Shown here piece by piece: positions 28,604 through 31,392 of a DNA stretch of 31,392 bases. Source of the stretch: a virus. Lineage: Duplodnaviria; Caudoviricetes. The translations under genes and the position numbers were made by a program. Numbering within the stretch: the stretch's first letter is position 1; each line of letters starts with the position of its first letter. The stretch is from IMG/VR virus record IMGVR_UViG_3300007962_000012, positions 1 through 31,392 of that record; one strand, given 5' to 3'. The notes beneath the pieces were generated by a model. That model searched no databases, had not been told where the DNA came from, and saw nothing but the letters and a program-made list of their open reading frames with translations.

Positions 28604-28998
28604 TAAAGCTCAACTCTTAGAATTACTTTAACAACAATTTTATCTAAATCATCATAAGATATATTAAACTCTTTTGCTGCTTGTAAGTCGATACTCATGC
28701 AACCTTCTTTATTTGTTCTATCTAACCACCCTTCGTGTATCATTTCTGATGATATTACCTTATTTTCTACTTTTTCTATTTTAAAAATTGCTACTTTAAT
28801 TTGATTTTGATTGTTCATTGATTGTGAAATTATTGGGTTATTAATATGTAATTTTGCGCTTGGAGGTGATGTACCTAAGCCTACGTTTCCTGTAAAATTG
28901 TTGTACATTAAGTCGCGTTGGCTGTTAATGTTTGCACAGCCGGTGCTGTTAATGTTTGCACAGCTGGTGCTGTTACCGTTAGTTATAGTGTAATCCAT
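28603..28998 (-). CDS. Hypothetical protein with N-terminal repeat and GNVGLG motif
   Basis: 131 aa, A-rich start context (taaaaaatATG), coupled to the downstream ORF. Confidence 0.65.
   Translation of the reverse strand: MDYTITNGNSTSCANINSTGCANINSQRDLMYNNFTGNVGLGTSPPSAKLHINNPIISQSMNNQNQIKVAIFKIEKVENKVISSEMIHEGWLDRTNKEGCMSIDLQAAKEFNISYDDLDKIVVKVILRVEL
28921..28975. repeat. 24-bp tandem repeat, about 2.3 copies
   Basis: GCTGTTAATGTTTGCACAGC(C/T)GGT twice, then GCTGTTA. It is in frame and encodes NST(S/G)CANI. Confidence 0.9.
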
Positions 28999-29003
28999 AT
29001 TTT

Positions 29004-29156
29004 TTAATTATAAATAGTTAATGCTATGTCTATAAGAGGTAAGTATAAAACGTGTATTTTTGAGTCCTCCATTTCATAACTTCTTATGCCTATTAAAAAT
29101 CCTGGGTAAAAACCTAATTCAATTGACCATGCTGCTTTGTTTTCGTTGTCTTTCAT
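29004..29156 (-). CDS. Hypothetical 50-aa protein, absent from the ORF track
   Basis: Translated manually as MKDNENKAAWSIELGFYPGFLIGIRSYEMEDSKIHVLYLPLIDIALTIYN, with an ATGA overlap with the upstream ORF. Confidence 0.7.
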   Translation of the reverse strand: MKDNENKAAWSIELGFYPGFLIGIRSYEMEDSKIHVLYLPLIDIALTIYN

Positions 29157-29323
29157 GTGCTTGTAATTCCGTATTTTGTTTGTAATTTAACTAAATCTTT
29201 ATATCTAATCCTACCTTTAACTTCCCAACTCCATTTAACCCATTTATCAATCTGTCGCTCGGCATACTTTTGCTTGGCTATGATCTTTGCTTCTCTAGGA
29301 TTATTTGTACCGTTTCGTCGCAT
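29153..29323 (-). CDS. Hypothetical basic protein of about 56 aa, absent from the ORF track
   Basis: Translated manually as MRRNGTNNPREAKIIAKQKYAERQIDKWVKWSWEVKGRIRYKDLVKLQTKYGITST. It fills the gap, but the start is uncertain (46-nt overlap with the endonuclease gene). Confidence 0.55.
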   Translation of the reverse strand: MRRNGTNNPREAKIIAKQKYAERQIDKWVKWSWEVKGRIRYKDLVKLQTKYGITST

Positions 29324-29745
29324 TCCTTTTGGTTTTGTGGTTTATAAAGCGTGTGTCCTGGAAACTGATTAGATACTAATAACTTAAACATCTTCCATCT
29401 CAATGGAAATGACTCATTAGCTCTACCTTTAGTTTCTATTATAAAGTCTTCACCAATAAAATCAGGAGTATATTTTATAGGTAGTATTCTTTTACAACCT
29501 CTATTTTTATAATCCCCTTTGCTATTAGCTTGTCTTTCATATACTTCATTTTCAAAATGAAATCCGTTTAACAAAACAAAAGTTTCACCTTCGTATTTTG
29601 TTTTTATCTTTGCTTTCTGTAAAGCAATATACATATATTTTTCCAGACCTGAAGCAAAGTCAATACCATCATATGATACTTTCTTTGCTCTTACCGGACC
29701 GCGCTTGCCGCTCTTTCTTTTAAATGACTTCCTCATAGTCAACAT
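29278..29745 (-). CDS. T7 endonuclease I-like Holliday junction resolvase
   Basis: FASGLE...KYE...YTPDF...IIETKG matches the T7 gp3 pattern. The true start may be the ATG at 29736. Confidence 0.85.
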   Translation of the reverse strand: MLTMRKSFKRKSGKRGPVRAKKVSYDGIDFASGLEKYMYIALQKAKIKTKYEGETFVLLNGFHFENEVYERQANSKGDYKNRGCKRILPIKYTPDFIGEDFIIETKGRANESFPLRWKMFKLLVSNQFPGHTLYKPQNQKECDETVQIILEKQRS

Positions 29746-29983
29746 CTAAGTCACTTAATAAATCTTCTTGAAGATCTGTAGTATAAACTTCTTTAGCTTT
29801 TTGTAAATACAATACAGCATCCATAAGTTCTTCTTGTAAATGATTAAGCCATTCAAACATCTTTGATGGGTCATCTTGCAGTGTTACACCGTATTTGGCA
29901 AAGCCAACATCTGATCTTGACACGAATTTATCTACAACTCTTTCAACAACTGGGTCTCTAAATTCTATTTGTTTTTTATTCAT
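29720..29983 (-). CDS. Small all-alpha NTP-pyrophosphatase (MazG-like) protein
   Basis: G-x-x-KYGVTL...WLNHLQEELMDAVLY gives an EExxD acidic helix of the MazG/dimeric dUTPase superfamily type. Confidence 0.55.
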   Translation of the reverse strand: MNKKQIEFRDPVVERVVDKFVSRSDVGFAKYGVTLQDDPSKMFEWLNHLQEELMDAVLYLQKAKEVYTTDLQEDLLSDLDVDYEEVI

Positions 29984-30747
29984 TATAAAGTTTGTTTTAC
30001 AAATGTTCCATTAATCATTTTACCTTGACGATCTTTAATAACACCGTAAGCAGATGTTATACAGTCTTCAATGTTATGACCTCTTAGTTTTGCTAAGTTA
30101 GTCAAAACAACGACCATATCACCAATAGCATCAATAACTTCTGTCTCATCATTTTTTAATAAAGCTTGAGCTAGCTCACCTGCTTCTTCCATTAACTTTA
30201 TATATTGAGTTCTAGAATCACCAGACTTGTATATACCTTTTGCTTTAGCCCAAGCTCTTATGTCATCATACACGGTGTTAGAAGGAGCTTTCACTTCGCT
30301 TGCTAAAAACTCCGAAGCGTAAGCTTTATTATAAATGTAACATCTGTTTACATTAAACATAGATACTTTAGCGTTTTTACATATCCAATTAATAGTTTGA
30401 TCGTCTAAGCCAAATGTACCGTGATCAGTCGCCCATTTAAGACCCATGTTATCCATTAAATTGCCTTTTAATTTATTAATCGGCATTGGAAATGTTGTTG
30501 TTTGCTCTGTTGAATTTAATTTCATTTTATTATTTTTATTGATTAAATTTTTATAAGATTGTCTGTCAACTTTATATCTATAAGACTTTTGAAGTTCTAT
30601 TTCACGGCCTGATATATAATCTATATCTGTTGACTGTTCAAGAACTTCATACTCACCCTCCTTATATCCTTGCATAAGGGTAACTCTATTCTTAAGATTA
30701 CGTGTAACACCAATTTTTTTACCCGGAATGTGGTATATATAATACAT
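29983..30747 (-). CDS. GIY-YIG-like N-domain fused to a MazG-like nucleotide pyrophosphohydrolase
   Basis: N-terminus YYIYHIPGKKIGVT...R...E. C-terminus KLMEEAGELAQA...EVIDAIGD (EExxE...DxxxD). Confidence 0.75.
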   Translation of the reverse strand: MYYIYHIPGKKIGVTRNLKNRVTLMQGYKEGEYEVLEQSTDIDYISGREIELQKSYRYKVDRQSYKNLINKNNKMKLNSTEQTTTFPMPINKLKGNLMDNMGLKWATDHGTFGLDDQTINWICKNAKVSMFNVNRCYIYNKAYASEFLASEVKAPSNTVYDDIRAWAKAKGIYKSGDSRTQYIKLMEEAGELAQALLKNDETEVIDAIGDMVVVLTNLAKLRGHNIEDCITSAYGVIKDRQGKMINGTFVKQTL

Positions 30748-30755
30748 ATTTATTT

Positions 30756-31392
30756 TTATTTGCCAACGCTTAACTCTGCTTTGATTGCAGACAAAGGATT
30801 GTAGTTAATTAATTTAATTTTATTTGATTCAGGTATATATAAATCATTACTGATACTTAAAAATATACCGCTATCTAATTCTAATTGAGGAAGCTTTGGA
30901 TTGTGTCTTCTTCTAAACTCCCTAGCCTGATCTAAATGATTGTTGTATAAGTGACAATCGCCTAGTTGACCAATTAATTGACCAGCTTTTAACTCAGCTC
31001 CTTTAGCTAACATTTCTAATAGCAGACCATACATTGCAATATCGTAAGGTAAACCTAAGAATACATCAGCAGATCTTTGTATCCACATTAAATCCATTTT
31101 ACCATCGTTGATATAAACTTGAAAAGCGTAATGACAAGGAGGTAAGGCCATATGTTTTAATTGACCAACATTCCAAGCATTAACCATTAGTCTTCTCGAG
31201 CTAGGATTCTCTTTTATATTCTTAACTAAATTCAATAACTGATCTTCATACCTTGTGTAGTAGCCATCAGTTCTTTTCCAGTTACGCCATTGTGCGCCAT
31301 AAACAGGGCCTAATGTTCCGTCTGTTCTGCCTGATCTTTTATAATCGGCATCCCAATAAGTTACATTATTATCCTGTAAGTATTTCATATCT
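30756..31392 (-). CDS. thyA: Thymidylate synthase-family enzyme (5' truncated) with Asn-to-Asp at the base-specificity position
   Basis: Contains GPVYGAQWR, SSRR, LPPCH, QRSAD, GLPYDI and DCHLYNNH. The frame stays open to the window edge. Confidence 0.9.
   Translation of the reverse strand, partial: DMKYLQDNNVTYWDADYKRSGRTDGTLGPVYGAQWRNWKRTDGYYTRYEDQLLNLVKNIKENPSSRRLMVNAWNVGQLKHMALPPCHYAFQVYINDGKMDLMWIQRSADVFLGLPYDIAMYGLLLEMLAKGAELKAGQLIGQLGDCHLYNNHLDQAREFRRRHNPKLPQLELDSGIFLSISNDLYIPESNKIKLINYNPLSAIKAELSVGK

Noticed and set aside
28921-28975. CRISPR-like mini-array or diversity-generating retroelement repeat
   Set aside because: The repeats are directly adjacent with no spacers, they are in frame within a CDS, and no cas or reverse transcriptase gene is in the window.
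24858-29372. Alternative-frame and + strand ORFs overlapping nrdA, nrdB and neighbouring genes
   Set aside because: They are largely nested in well-supported genes, with no recognisable motifs or start contexts.
1-31392. Stop-codon reassignment as seen in some crAss-like phages
   Set aside because: Genes are full length and densely packed in the standard code, and TAA, TAG and TGA all terminate genes.
1-31392. tRNA or rRNA genes
   Set aside because: Intergenic gaps are short, and no cloverleaf or T-loop signature was seen in them.

Overview
This window is a 31.4-kb, AT-rich segment of a lytic dsDNA tailed phage genome. A Bacteroidota (probably Flavobacteriia) host is inferred from A/T-rich start regions without Shine-Dalgarno motifs and a Flavobacterium-like ribonucleotide reductase (RNR). 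The + arm (1-24477) is a podovirus-type virion module with crAss-related gene order: terminase C-terminus, portal, scaffold-like protein, major capsid, ring/adaptor proteins, two nozzle/stabilisation-like proteins, three putative ejection proteins (311, 470, 2489 aa), an M15 peptidase and a tiny basic Cys-pair peptide. It converges at a bidirectional terminator (24521-24549) with a - arm for nucleotide metabolism: thyA-like, GIY-YIG/MazG fusion, second MazG-like, T7 endonuclease I-like, nrdB, HTH plus GIY-YIG insert, nrdA. The most notable signals are: (1) the ThyA homologue has Asp at the dUMP-specificity Asn (GLPYDI instead of GLPFNI), the hallmark of dCMP-acting (hydroxy)methylases, and sits next to two MazG-like pyrophosphatases, suggesting a cytosine-modification pathway; (2) a 2489-aa putative injected polyvalent protein carries an HExxH peptidase, a PD-(D/E)xK nuclease-like cassette and a HAD relic, separated by K-x-S-K-like linkers; (3) NrdB is class Id-like but lacks the signature Lys; (4) several G-U-rich RNA structures lie on the late transcript. 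All family calls come from motif reading and recall, not from database searches.
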